This document shows, in pieces, positions 11,266 to 24,460 of a stretch of DNA of 64,000 nt. This stretch comes from Octopus sinensis (taxonomy: Eukaryota), in the NCBI RefSeq assembly GCF_006345805.1, contig NC_043000.1:102052001-102116000 (forward strand), given 5' to 3'. The first letter of the stretch is position 1; each line of letters starts with the position of its first letter. The notes under the pieces are model-generated. The model did not search any database. It saw only the letters and a list, made by a program, of their open reading frames with translations, and was not told the DNA's origin. The position numbers and the translations under genes were made by a program.

Positions 11266-11895
11266 CAGTAGTTTTATTTTTATAGCGTGCTTTCACTTCA
11301 CTACCGAGCGCAGCTCTGTGTGCCTTGGCTATGTGCTGTGATTTGTTGTGATGCTCTGATGGTTATTGTATGGAAAGTGTTCTGCGTAGGATGTGTGCAG
11401 TGCCTAGTAGTGCAATTTTCTGTATGTTATATGTGTTTGTAAGTCCTGGTGTTTTTGTTATGTATTTGTCTGAATATTTTTTTATCATGCCTAATGCACC
11501 TACTATCATAGGAATTGTTCTGTTTTCAGATTCCACATTCTAGTTACCTCTATTTCCAGGTCTTTGTATTTTGAGAGTTTCTCCATTTCTTTTAGAGACA
11601 CGTTGTCATCTGCCGGTATTGATACATCAATTAGAAAGCATTTTTTTTCTTCATGATCTCTGACAACTATATCTGGTCTGTTGGCCTTAATTTCTCTATC
11701 TGTGTGTATCGGCATATCCCAGAGTATGGTTGCTTTCTCGTTTTCTGTGACCTTTTCTGGTGTGTGCCTATACCATCTTTTTTCTGTTGTTATTCCATAA
11801 TGTTGGCATAGCTTCCAATGTATGTAGGTTCCAACTCTGTCATGTCTGTGAATATATTCCTTCTTAGCCAGGACTGGGCAGCTAGAGATAATATG

Positions 11896-11898
<3 letters not shown>
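11266..11898 (-). mobile_element. R4/Dong-like RLE retrotransposon 3' fragment (subfamily C)
   Basis: INHIISSCPVLAKKEYIHRHDRVGTYIHWKLC, RLE motif RPDIVVRD..CFLIDVSIP..EKLSKYKDLEIE, IQKIALLGTAHILRRTLSIQ*; (ATT)n both sides. Confidence 0.9.
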
Positions 11899-11955
<57 letters not shown>

Positions 11956-12765
11956 GCTTTTCTGTCAACTTATATTTCCATGCTTTGATGAAGAATCAAG
12001 AGAGCCCTAAACAGCTGGGTGCATATGATATTAGCTACAATACAAATCTTGAATGCAGTAAAAGAAAGAAATATTTTATTCAGCTGTTTGCTGTGGCTTT
12101 CGAGTTTCAATCATATTAGTTAAAGATCTATATGGTATCTAGAAACTTTAGATTTGACAGTTTTCTCCCACAGGCATTCGGTTTCATGTTGTTTGGTTGA
12201 AAGTTATTTCTATGTAACATGGAATATCATCTCAGCAAGATCCGTCGAGAGGCTTCGTGTCTGATTCCTGATTACTATATATTTATGCATTTGTTTATTT
12301 TTGATATCCTACATTTTATGAACATTTGTTTCGTTCTTTATAGTTTTCCAATGGGTCAATCACTGGTTTATTACATTTCCAATAGGAAATGCTTCTGTTA
12401 AAGAAATATAAGATATTTTTTGTTCGATGCACAGGTTTATCATCAACTTCTCATTGGAATATCTATCATTCACCAGCACACACAACACACACACGCACAA
12501 AAGCACACATACTCTTACATGTGGATATGCGTACGTGCTAGCTTGTGTGTGTGTGTGTGTACAAAGAGAGAGAGAGAGGGTGAGAGAGAGGGAGAGAGGG
12601 GGGAGAGAAAGGAGGAGAGGGGGAGAGTGGGGGAGAGAGACAGACAGGCAGATATGTGACTGGCGATGAGCAATATTTTGCATCTATCAAATTTCATTCT
12701 CAAAGCATCGGACAACCCGACGGATCTATGACGGTGACCAATTTCCTACGGTACATGCAGTAGGT

Positions 12766-12805
<40 letters not shown>

Positions 12806-12807
12806 CG

Positions 12808-12846
<39 letters not shown>

Positions 12847-13490
12847 ATATATATATATATATGTGTGTGCACACACAACACCTGAATAAGTCATTCTACG
12901 ATTTGTAAAATATGTGTTCTTGAACTTACATTTTCATGAATAGATGACCGTTAAAAACTTAATAAACCCCATAAGACGATTGGTATCCATGAACATTCAT
13001 TTACAAAATGTACGTGCTTGACGTATCATGCACAGATTTATATAAGATACGTGTAAATGACATTTTATAAGACAATTAAACTATTATGGATGCAATAGCC
13101 ACGGACATTTTGCATTTTTTTATGAATTTTTTCAAAAAACCAAGGACAACGCTAGGGAAAATCAATTGAAGATGACCCAACATTAGTTACCTTCCTTTAT
13201 CTGTATACCATATACCTCACCTCATACGGCCAAACAACGTTTGAAATCTCGTTGAATCTTGTGTGATTTCATGTAGAATAATCCAACGTGCAGATGCAGT
13301 ACTAACATTCTTAAATGGAATGCTTAAAAATTTCCAAATCTTTCGTGCATGAAACCATTGTCAGCATTATTAATCTACGAATAAAGAATATATTTATTCA
13401 ATAAATGCGGTACTGAGCATTCACTCTCACTCATCGCACATATCGTATCGCGTTTATATATATATATATCTATATATATATATATATATA

Positions 13491-14896
13491 CTAGCAGAGA
13501 TACTCGGCGTTGCTCGGGATTAAAATGGTATAGTTTCTATATATATATATATATAATATATATATATATATATTATATATATATATATATATAAATATAT
13601 ATATTACGGGAATAAATGATGGTCTAAATCGACTAATCGACATGTAATACCTCTGTTTGGAGGATTCCATGCCCCAACCTATCATGGGAAATTGGGGGTA
13701 CAGAGTATGTAATTTTTGAACAGCTGTCAGTGGATATACTCACCTTTGGGGCAGGACACGTTCTGTAAATAGGCTGCAACAGGAGACGGTAATGAGGAAG
13801 GGAACTGTTGAAAGAGGCTGGGGAGGAGCTGGTAGTGGTGGTAATCTTACCTTACCACCTGAGCAGCGCATGCCATTACTTTCATTTGGAAATTTTAAAG
13901 GTTTGTAGAAACGACAAATTCAGTGTAGCACACCAATGTTTTGACAGAATTATAATTTTTATAAGAGTGGGATGAATCGTATCTGAAAGCACCTCCTGGA
14001 GTTGCGAAGAACGAATTTGCATGTGGTCTATTTCTGAGAGCTATTGTATTGGAACTCTGTCTAAATCTGGCGTCGAAATCTTGTTCTAACAATTTAAGTG
14101 CTGCAGTATGCATTTGCTGATCTTGGGAGAGTCTCCTCTCCCTTCTTTCTTGAGACTCCATTTGACGTGCTCAGCATGCCTCGGCTGATCATGAGAAAGC
14201 CGTATCTCCCTTCTGTGTTGAGACTCTCGTTTTCGGTTTTCTGCAATTGTTCTCGCTTTATACGTGTTTCTGGAGAGATTACCTCGTTTCTTTTGTGATA
14301 TATATTTTCAATATCGTAAACAAAAAATGATGAATATAGAAAAAAAATATACATTAATCTCTATTTTTGTAAGCAGCTGTATGTATATAGTATGTCTGTA
14401 TTTTTGTATGCAGTGTAAATTAACGAAATATAAGCCATTGAACGAAATATGAAACACATGTATGGAACTGCTAATTTAACGTTAAATGCCACAATAATTA
14501 TTACAGAGAGACAAAGAATTTTATAACTTACCATGCAACCTTGCAACTGCTGCGATAACTCGTAATGGAACAGTAAATGTGTATTGTTTAAAAAGAAATG
14601 AAAATAAAAATTTGTATTGACACTGGCCAGCCCGCATTTAAGGCATGTCAATCTTCAGGTATGTATGTGTAGACTTGAGTGGATGTGTTTAATAACGCAC
14701 CGTACATAGCATGTCTGTATTTTTGTATGTAGTGTAAATCAATCCACCAAAATTACATGTTGATACTCCTGGAGTCTCATAGTATTACCATGTAAAATTT
14801 GATTTGATTTGGTTGAGCCGTTTGAGAATGCATTGGGACAGACAGAGATACAAAGGATTTTATATATATATATATGTATGTATGTATGTATATAGA
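13491..14896 (-). mobile_element. Non-autonomous Helitron with RepHel N-terminal remnant
   Basis: Minus strand starts TC (atctatatac) and ends hairpin-CTAG in an A|T context; internal AFRYDSSHSY...NIGVLH*ICRFYKPLKFPNESNGMRCSGGKVRLPPL resembles the Helitron N-terminal Cys-rich motif. Confidence 0.8.
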
Positions 14897-14910
14897 TTAT
14901 CTGTATGTAA

Positions 14911-15188
14911 AAGCGCGTGACCCAGTGGTTAGAGCATCGAGCTTTCATGCCTAAAGTCCTTCGTTCGATTTCAGGACTGGGCTGTGTGTCTGTTTTTGAG
15001 CAAAAGACACTTTATCTTCACATTGCATCTATTTATTTAGTTGTAGAAATTAGCTGCGACATCACTGGGGCCAAATTGTATCGGCTTTTGCCATTGCAAA
15101 AGCTGATAAAACATCGGTGGTGTGGACAGGAGAGACTGATATGCATTGGCGGCTGCTGGTCTTCCACAAACGATCGTGCCCGGACTTG
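14911..15188 (+). mobile_element. tRNA-derived SINE family C
   Basis: tgacccagtggttagagc (box A) ... gttcgatttc (box B) ... gagcaaaagacactttat; homologous to the minus copy at 28651-28967. Confidence 0.75.
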
Positions 15189-15189
15189 A

Positions 15190-15285
15190 ATTAAGCACCA
15201 GTCGAACACTGGGGAGTTGATGTAATCGACTAACCCTCTCCTACCAAAATTTAGATCTTGTGCCTATAGTAGAAAGAATTATTTA
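15190..15285 (+). mobile_element. SINE family A 3' fragment
   Basis: aattaagcaccagtc...ttgtgcctatagtagaaagaattatt. Confidence 0.7.
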
Positions 15286-15864
15286 TATCACCAGATGGTA
15301 GGGGACTGAGAGTGTCTGATGACATTAAAGATGTCAAAGGTCTACTCTATGTCTTCGATTGGAGCAAGAAGACCACATCGTCAAAAAGTTGAGCTATGCT
15401 TCACATACACATGCTGGCTTATAAGATATATCTGTAGCTTTTGTGGTCTCAGAACATGCATGCACATTAGCCACGGCATACCGTGTTCTCTGTCCTGGAA
15501 ATTCGGTACGCAGATAGTCATTCAAAATAGTCGAATCTAGTCAAATGCAGCTTCAAGCAAAACACAACGGATAGGTAATGGCAGAAGATCTTATCAGTAA
15601 AGACGCTATTCTGTAGGACCTTATAATATGATGCAGCCTTTTTGGAAGAAGAAAAACACGTGATGCTACGGTTAATGTTTGGAATTAAATTTTTAAACAC
15701 AATAGTTGGGCAACAGAAGTGTTAATTAATATATTAAAGATTATTGTTAACCATGTGGCAGAGCTTATATGAATTAATTTTGAGGTCTACATCCCCACCA
15801 CTTCCTCTGTCATCGAATCTTAAGAATAGGTCTCGGGATGTTTTTATAGTTCGCTACCCCGTCA

Positions 15865-16440
15865 CTACTTTCTTCCTTAATGTTAGGAAAAATGTAGGTA
15901 GAAGATTCTTGCACTTAGTAGATATCCATTTCCCTAGAATCCATAGATACAATAAAATCTTTAACAGACACACGATAAGATTTACCGTTTCTTGTCTCCC
16001 ATATATCAATATGCAATAGACAATTCAAGCCTGCCCTTGATGTGCATGTAGGGACAAATCTAAATGTCCCCAAATGCAGAAATGCAATATATCTCCCATT
16101 ATTTATGAAGCACACGTTTCAAGAACTACGATTGTAGTCGTATGAGAATCAAACATTATATCGGAGCCGTGGAAGGTAAATTTAAATCCACATATAACAA
16201 CCCTAGTTCAAAATTTTGGCATAAGGATAAGAGGCTTTCATCAATCCTTTTGGCTTTAGTAGGGAAACTTAAAGATGAAGGGACTAGTGTCGACATTAAA
16301 TGGAAAATCCTCTCCAAAACCAGACCCCACATTAAAGGGTCCAAAAAATTTCAATATGTTCTCTTGAAAAACTATATCTCAAAAAGAACTTGAGAACCTG
16401 CGAATGAATACTTAGATTTCAAGAACGAGATTTTTTTTTT
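15865..16440 (+). mobile_element. Penelope-like element remnant, C-terminal GIY-YIG endonuclease (Naiad-like pattern)
   Basis: NVRKNVGRRFLHLVDIHFP..KIFNRHTI; CACRDKSKCP..KCNISPIIYEAHV; HYIGAVEGKFKSTYNN..KLKDEGTSVDIKWKILSK; frameshifted CSLEKLY. Confidence 0.75.
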
Positions 16441-16722
16441 TGTATGTAGGTAGAAATACATCTTGTAATTTAAGAATTAACTGCCAGACACTTTTTAAAC
16501 CATTAACATCTTGTTTATGCTTGCAGGACATCGAATTATTGAAACGTTGGTTATCTCCCTTGTGTTTTTCCTATCTTCGTTATCGGAATTTCTTATTTAA
16601 ACGTCATCTACTCAAACGACAAATGACAAACGATTTCGTTCTCAGCTTGAAAAATATAGATAGATAAATAGAGATAGAGATATGTGCGTGTGTGTATGTA
16701 TGTATGTATGTATGTATTAATG

Positions 16723-16788
<66 letters not shown>

Positions 16789-17084
16789 GTCCTACTATCT
16801 GGTTAAACTGCTTGGAACCTGATCTCCAAGTGGATGGGAATTTTGACTATGTGACTACGTTACAAACAAGGTGGCTGTTTCACCCACCAGTATAATTCTA
16901 AGGTAAAGTATTCCTGAAAAAATCTCTCGGTGATAAATGTGTATATTGCTTCCCTTACATTATCGCTTGACCATAAATTGCTTCCGTTTTCCATTATATT
17001 TTACACATGACAATATACTGCTTCACTTATAACCATTACCTAACTGTTGTGTTTAGCCCGATGCTGCATTTGACTTGATTTAAC

Positions 17085-17280
17085 TATTCAGAAAGTCCAT
17101 TTACGAACCGAATCTCCAAGATGGAGAGCTAAGTATACCGTGGCTGATGTGCATGCATGTGCAGAAGCTAGAAAAGCTGCAGACACGTCTAAATAGCCAG
17201 TATGTGTGGTTGGCGAAGTTATTGGGTTTAAGGGAGAGTGTGACGTTGGGAGAGATGACAACTTCCTATAGTACCAGGTG
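17085..17280 (+). mobile_element. Possible L1/Tx1-type LINE ORF2 remnant
   Basis: RKSIYEPNLQDGELSIPWLMCMHVQKLEKL loosely resembles the GGLG(M/V)P region after the Tx1 RT; resemblance from memory only. Confidence 0.25.
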
Positions 17281-17442
17281 GTCAGGATCTTCTTCGAAAG
17301 AATAGGTTTCCATCATTTTCCAGGTACTATTGTTTCTTCTGCATCGTTAAAAGCAATCTCTCTTTTCGTATTGCATTACGCTTTAACCCCTTTCTTCATT
17401 TTATTGTGTTATGAATATATATATATATACACATATATATGA

Positions 17443-17473
<31 letters not shown>

Positions 17474-17939
17474 ATATACAAACACACATATATATGAATA
17501 TATATATTCACTTACATACACACATACATATACATCTATCTGTCTATATCTATATCTATATCTATCTATCTATCTATTTACATATATATATATATATATA
17601 TATATGCTGTATACACACATACACACACACATATGTACACACCTCTCAATATATTTGTAACTATTTTTGTACAAAATGTTATGTGCGTGTACATGAGAAG
17701 CCCCTGTGGCTAATAAAGGAAAGATTATTGTTTAAGCTGTAACACGAAGGAAAATGTGAAATATACAGATATACAAGAAACATAAAAGACAATCTCCAAG
17801 CAAAGTTAACTCGTTAATGGATATATTGTTAAAGCAATTTGCATCTCTAAAATTGATTTATCTAAGATAAGAAATCGCGATGTAAATACACTTTTCCTGT
17901 CTGTATATATGTATTTGTTATAGTGGTGATTATCATCAT

Positions 17940-18070
<131 letters not shown>

Positions 18071-18221
18071 TGTACTGTACATGTTGTTTGTATCATTTAA
18101 AGTGCATTTTAACTTCTGAATCGTAAAAATGTCATTATGTCTATCTTTAGAAATAGCAGGGTACCATTATTCACAAAATATGTGACGCGACTCCACCTTC
18201 GTATTTTTTTTCTCTTTCAAC

Positions 18222-18340
18222 CAAGTCTTCTTCTTCTTCTTCTTCTTCTTATTCTCTTCTTCTTCTTCTTCTTCTTCTTCTTCTTCTTCTTCTTCTTCTC
18301 TTCTTCTTCTTCTTCTTCTTCTTCTTCTTCTTCTTCTTCT
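18222..18340 (+). repeat. (CTT)n microsatellite within a pyrimidine tract
   Basis: Directly visible. Confidence 0.9.
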
Positions 18341-18897
18341 TTTTTCTGCATCTGTTTCTTCTCCTTCCTTTTCTTTTATCTTTTCGTTTCTTTTTCTTAC
18401 TTCTTTCTGTTTTTATTCTTCATCTTTCCTCTTTGTCTTTATTTTCTTCCCTCTCCGTCGTCTACTTAGTTTTCTTTTTATTTGTCTTCTTTTCGTTTGT
18501 TTTTTTTTTTTATCTGTTTTCCAACGTCTGCATTTTCTTCTTTCACCTGTATTTTCTTATCTTTTTGTTTTCTCCCACATTTCAGAAAAATACCCATTAA
18601 CAGAACAAGTACATGAAAATGCTATAAAATGTCTTCAGTATTTTCTCCATTTGCAGCAACTTTTTTCACCATTCCATAAAACCACAATTATTAAAACTGG
18701 AATTTAGAATTTTCTCTTAGTATGTAGATCTACTCTGCAGAGGCGGATATTCTGCTGGAGCTTATTCCAGTTCGCACAGAATTACTACACAGGCATTTCC
18801 TATACTGGGTAACATTTATAACTACATTTATGGGAATGGAAAAGTTCTTCAAATTAAAAGACATAACACTGCACCTAATGACGCTAGTAAACTGTTT

Positions 18898-18953
<56 letters not shown>

Positions 18954-19489
18954 TTTTTTGCGTAATGTGATAAAAAGAAACCCAAGGCTGTATAGATATT
19001 AAAGCATTTATAGATAGAAGGTCTTACAGCTGTTTCTAGAATATTAATTAATAATAATATCCCTTCATTGGAGACGGTGTGAGAGGAAAAATTAAGTCAT
19101 AGTTATTTTCGATGTATATATATATAGGTATAATTTAGAGGTGTTTAAAACCTCTAAGGGACGGTTAAATCTAAAGGTGGTCCTGGTGATTAGCTGCGTA
19201 GGTACAGTCCTTGGTAAAGGGTATACGGTAGCAGGTAACTCACCGGGTAAACTGTAGTGTAAATTATATGCAAGAAGAAAATGGAAAAATAACAGAAAGA
19301 AGTTTTCGCTAGTAACCCATTAATTAAATTAATTAATTGATTATTAATTAATTAAATTAATACCTTACTAGCGCAAACGACCAACTTCTTCCTGTTATTT
19401 TTCCTCCGTTTTCTTCTTGGATATATATATATAAGTATGAGGCGTTGATCTTTCTTAGATTGGGGAGAATAAGGCGGAAAGTCAGAGTG

Positions 19490-19760
19490 ACAAATGATGC
19501 AGTACTTTAAAAGTCGAAAGTCCAAAGACACCTGCTGTCGAGAATCAAGTCAAAAAAGCCATGCTATTTTGGGACATACGATGTGCCACGAGTCATTGCA
19601 CAAGACCATTCTGAGAGGAAGTGTGAAAAGGAAGGGGGCAAGAGGCCGTCACAGTCGTTTGTGGACTAACGACATCAAAGAATAGACCGGAAAGAAAAGC
19701 CTGGTTGACTGCATTTAGCATAACACAAAGGTGACCAGAGAGTTTTGACAAACTGACCAC
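19490..19760 (+). mobile_element. RTE-clade LINE ORF C-terminal remnant
   Basis: LLSRIKSKK..(Y)FGHTMCHESLHKTILRGSVKRKGARGRHSRLWTNDIKE fits the RTE YFGH..IL.G...G.R.RGR....W.D.IK pattern. Confidence 0.7.
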
Positions 19761-20309
19761 TGAACACAAGGAAGGCACTTGGCTGGTGATGGTATTAAAA
19801 AAGACATGAGTCGTTACCTGGTCGGTTAGTACAGAGGCGTAGCAAGGCGTGGTGACAGAGAAAATCGCTTCAAGATGCAAATATGAAAGGATTCAAAATT
19901 TCCTTTAACCTACAATGCCCATTAATTGAGTGGAATCCTACGAAGTTTCTTCATCTCGTTACGCTAAGAACCCTTGCTATACCACTGGCTTAAACTGCGA
20001 GATGTAGCTACTAATTTTCTTTCAATTTATACAGGAGGGACACATTAAGTTATGTTATCTAAGATATATTATCAAGACGCCAGACGAAATTGTTACAGTT
20101 AAAACGTCTTTAAACATTAGTCTACTTGATCATTGGTTGATTAAGATGGAAAGGACACGAAAAATAACAATGTGGGCAAGTATCTATATGGTTTCTCTCG
20201 ACAGCAGCTAAATATCATTTCATTCACGCAGCTTTGAAAAAATGGATAAATGGAGTGGTCATACCTAGATCGTTTTTGATCATAGGTTTAAATGGATGTA
20301 ATCTAATAT

Positions 20310-20722
20310 AGAGAGATGGCAGTGTAGTTAAGAAACTTGCTTTGCAGCCATGTGACTTCAGGTTCAGTCCAGCTGCGCGCGGTATTTTGGACAAGTGTCT
20401 TCTACTAAATGCCAGGCCAATTAATACTTTGTGAGCGTATTTGGATGACGGAAGCTGTTTGGAAGCCCATCATGTGTGTGTGTGTGTGTGTGTGTGTGTT
20501 TACGTCTGTGTGTATATATGTGTGTATCGTTGTGTTTATCCTACCTCACCGCTTGTAATGACAAGTGTCGGTTCAAGTAATTTAGCTGTTCAGCAATAGA
20601 AACTGATAGAATTAATATCGAGCTTAAAAATAAGTACTGGTGTAGTGATTTTTTCGACTAAGCCCATCAAGGATGTGCCTCAGCAAGGGCGCAGTACAAT
20701 GACTGAAAGAAGTATAAAATAA
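20310..20722 (+). mobile_element. SINE family B, old full-length copy
   Basis: ggcagtgtagttaag...ggttcagtcc...ggacaagtgtcttctacta, internal (TG)n, 3' cagtacaatgactgaaa. Confidence 0.7.
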
Positions 20723-20932
20723 TAATATATTTGTCGTTGTTGTTTAACTTCAGTTCATCACCAGTTTAGCAGATTTATGATCAAACCGATCCCTGCCATT
20801 ACTATCCTAACCTTCTTATGGACATTATACATCACATGCTATATTATATAGCATGTATATTACATGCTTTTTAAAAAGGAAACGATGTTATTCGAGTGTG
20901 AACACCTAGAGGCACTTCCGTTAGCTCATCTA

Positions 20933-21349
20933 TTTATTTCTTTATTGCCCACAAGGGGCTGAACATAGTGGGGACAAACAAGGAGAGACAAAGGGATTAA
21001 GTCGATTACATCAAACCCAGTGCGTAACTGGTACTTATTTAATCGACCCCGAAAGAATGAAAGGCAAAGTAGACCTCGGCGGAATTTGAACTCAGAACGT
21101 AACGGCAGACGAAATACCTATTTCTTTATTACCCACAAGGGGCTAAACACAGAGAAGACAAACAATGACAGACAAACGGATTAAGTCGATTACATCGACC
21201 CCAGTGCGTAACTGGTACTTATTTAATCGACCCCGAAAGGATGAAAAGCAAAGTCGACCTCGGCGGAATTTGAACTCAGAACGTAGCGGCAGCCGAAATA
21301 CCGCTAAACATTTCGCCCGACGTGCTAACGTTTCTGCTAGCTCGCCGCC
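20933..21349 (-). mobile_element. SINE family A, dimeric (head-core-tail2-core-tail2)
   Basis: Reverse complement of the 8295 type; same internal junction near 21118. Confidence 0.85.
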
Positions 21350-22081
21350 CTCCGTTGGCCCATATATTGCAGTCGAATTATTCTTGCTTAGTTCCAGGTC
21401 TTTCCAGGTCAAGCAGACTTTAGGCGGAATGTATTGTGTGTTTCATCTATGTATTCTTATATAGAAATACCTTCTATAATCTATGATTATTCCATTTACG
21501 ATGTTATATTGTGAAAGGTGATAGATTTGGCTGGTATTTCTAGTAAATCGAATGGCCACATTGGTTATCATACTCCAGTATACACGGTGCGTGTGCAATT
21601 CATAGAATAAATGAAGTACATTGACTTGGATAAAGAAATATTAATATAATAGATTGATACTTCAGATATTGCCTCAAACAAAATTCCTTTAAATACAAAT
21701 CTATTCTTGAGAAAACAAACAATACGCAATATTTATTTTGTTCTCTATGTTTCTATATTCGCACCATGTGCTGTTTCGGTGATTTTTTTTGTTTTTGTTT
21801 TCTTTTTCACTTGATTTCAGGTTTTTTCTTCTTTTTTGTTTCCGTAACTAAAATCAATAAAGAATTGTTTACAGAAAATAGAAGAAAAATTTAAATAATT
21901 TTAAAGATGATATTTCGTAGAAATATATTTTAGATCCTGCATACCATTTTTGTAAGCACTATAGAAATAAGTTTGCACTGAACCAAGCACACAATCCGGT
22001 TTCAGTTTTCATTGAGTATTTCACTCAACATTTTACTTTAATGCTTCACCAATGAAGAAAGGGCAACACCCTTGACTGTCA

Positions 22082-22400
22082 CTAGGGCACCAGTCGCTTC
22101 TTCAGGTGGAAACCATGGTTCAAAATCACTTTTCTTACAGTGGATGTCGAGGTTCCTATTCCTGCTGATGTCTTGATTTTGGAAACAGAAGAACAGCGTG
22201 ACTTTTTCACAGCTCTGACAATGGCCCTTTCATTCCTTTCTGATGTAGCTGGCGTTTTGCTTCGCCGAATCTTCCCGGCAATATTCTGGTTACTCATTCC
22301 TTCCACTTTCACCTGAAAGAATCTTCCTCTTCCGTTGTTCAATTTCAGAAAACTTTGTAGCTTTAGGCATACGGGAAATGTAATCTGGATCTCAGAGAAT
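22082..22400 (-). mobile_element. Tc1-like transposase N-terminal (HTH) remnant
   Basis: GMSNQNIAGKIRRSKTPATSERNERAIVRAVKKSRCSSVSKIK..STSTVRKVILNHGFH; no matching TIR pair found. Confidence 0.6.
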
Positions 22401-23305
22401 ACAACTGAGTCTAATATTTTCCTAAACAGTCTGGAAAGAGATGAAAATATATTAGTGGCTTTATAGTTTTGAAGTGTCGATATGCGAGGAAAAATTGGAA
22501 AAATCAAGTGTCGTAATGTGACAATAAAGGTACAAGGTTTACATTTTAAGGTATTCATGAAATACGCACTTACAATACATTGTGTCCCTTAGTTCGCTTA
22601 AACATATATTTAAAAAAATATCTTTTACCTTTTATTGGTTACTTGTTTCAGCCATTAGACTGCAGCCTTGCTGGGACACAGCATTAAAGAATTTTAGTCG
22701 AACGAGTGGACCTCAGTACTTGCTCTTTTTTTGATCTTTACCCTTTGAACGGCAGATCCAGAAATTAATTTTTTGTAACTAAACACTTTCAAACTTCGGA
22801 CACTGTCAGAATATAAAACATCTTTTGTTCTTAGTGTTGTTGAGAAAAGTTTATATTTTCATAGTTATTTTGTGTTAAAGTTGTATTTCGGTAATTTCAA
22901 CCAATCAATGACGTGTATTCAGCTGAATAAAATTACTACCGTTGTTTGTCAACAACAACTTCCGGCGGTGTATATTTCGTTTGTCACTGTTAATTATGAC
23001 ATATTTCATCTTAGTTATGATTGTATGAATAAACGAGTGTATCTGAAACATGTTTACTTCATGGCACCACCATATTCGTTCGTGCGGTACTCCAGCATGG
23101 CCGCAGTGAAATGACTGAAACAAATAAAAGAATATATATATATACACTTGCGTCGGAAATTAATTAGCACTTCTCAAATTTCTACATTTTCTTACATTTT
23201 CTTAATTTAATTAACTTATTATCAGAAACGAACTCGTTTTTAATCAAAAATTTATTAAAACATCTCCCAGCACACCACATAATTGTTATTAATCGTGAAA
23301 TTTAG

Positions 23306-24301
23306 TCAATATCTTGTTGCTCCTCCTTTGGCAGCAATGACAGCTGCTACGCGGGTCGGCATGCTGTCTATGAGTGCCTGCAGGTACTGTGCAGGGATGG
23401 CCCTCCATGGAGCAAGAAGTGCCCCAAACAGCTCTTGTCGGTTCCTGTATTACTGCACATTCAAATCCCTACCCAATCGACTCCAGAGGTTCTCAATAGG
23501 GTTCAGGTTAGGTGACTGGCCAGGCCAGTCCATGACCGTCACCCCATAGTCCTTGAAGAGACCGGTTGTGAGCTTGGCTGTGTGGGAAGGCGCGTTGTTC
23601 TGCTGGAGCACGTACTCCTCGCCACCAAGAGGTATCCGTACTATCTCAACGTACTTTGCTGCGTTGATGTTGCCTTCGATGGCATAGAGCCGCCCAACAC
23701 CACTGTACCTGAACGCCCCTCACACCATCAGACCACCCCCACCATGCTTCATGGTGGGAGCAATGCAGTCTTTGTTGAAGCGCTCACCCCTGCGGCGTCG
23801 CACATGGACAGGCTTGTCACTGACGAGACTGAATCGCGACTCGTCAGTGAACATCACTGTCCGCCACTGCTGCACGGTCCATATCTTGTGGGCACAGGCC
23901 CAGAGCAGCCGCCTCTTCCGGTTTTGGGCTGTAAGGAGCGGCTTACGGGCGGCCCTACAGGATTTTAGACCAGCTTCCAGTAATCTGGTCTTGACGGTGG
24001 TTGTAGACAACTGCTTCCCTGTCATCTTTTGCATCTCCTCCGCCAGTTACCGGCTCGTTGCCCTTCGGTTGTACAGTGACTTTCGGATCAGCATCCGGTC
24101 CTCCCGCTGGGTCGTCAGCCTCTTCCGTCCCCTACCCTTTTTGTCAGCTGCTGATCCGGTTTCCTCGTGTTTCTTAAATAAGCACTGAATTGTGCGCCTG
24201 GCTACACCAAGTTTTCTGGCAATTGCAGCCTCCGACAGCTTCCCACGCCACGAGAGAGCCTCGTACCGTCTTTCCAAGGTCATGCGAGGTCTTGGACCCA
24301 T
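23306..24301 (-). pseudogene. Tc1 DD34E transposase, disrupted
   Basis: HTH, GRGRKR, RKPLL, FTDESRF, KHGGGGLMV*G, QQNNAPSH (second D to N), WPGQSPNLNPIENLW, KGGATRY*; 34 residues between the second and third catalytic positions; frameshift near 24047, TGA at 23720. Confidence 0.9.
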
Positions 24302-24460
24302 GTAGGAATGAACGATAAAAACCAGTTATTTTCATTAAAACTATTCATTTGAATAATGTTATGCTATAACAAAACTGCTATGAGTTATTATTCATTAAAC
24401 AAAAAAGAAAGAAAGCAGAATTTCTCACCTTATTTGATGTATAACAGAAAGTTTTGTGAA

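Noticed and set aside
21936-21964. TIR-like tcctgcataccatttttgtaagcactata near the 22082 Tc1 remnant
   Set aside because: Orientation does not enclose the transposase remnant and no partner TIR was found
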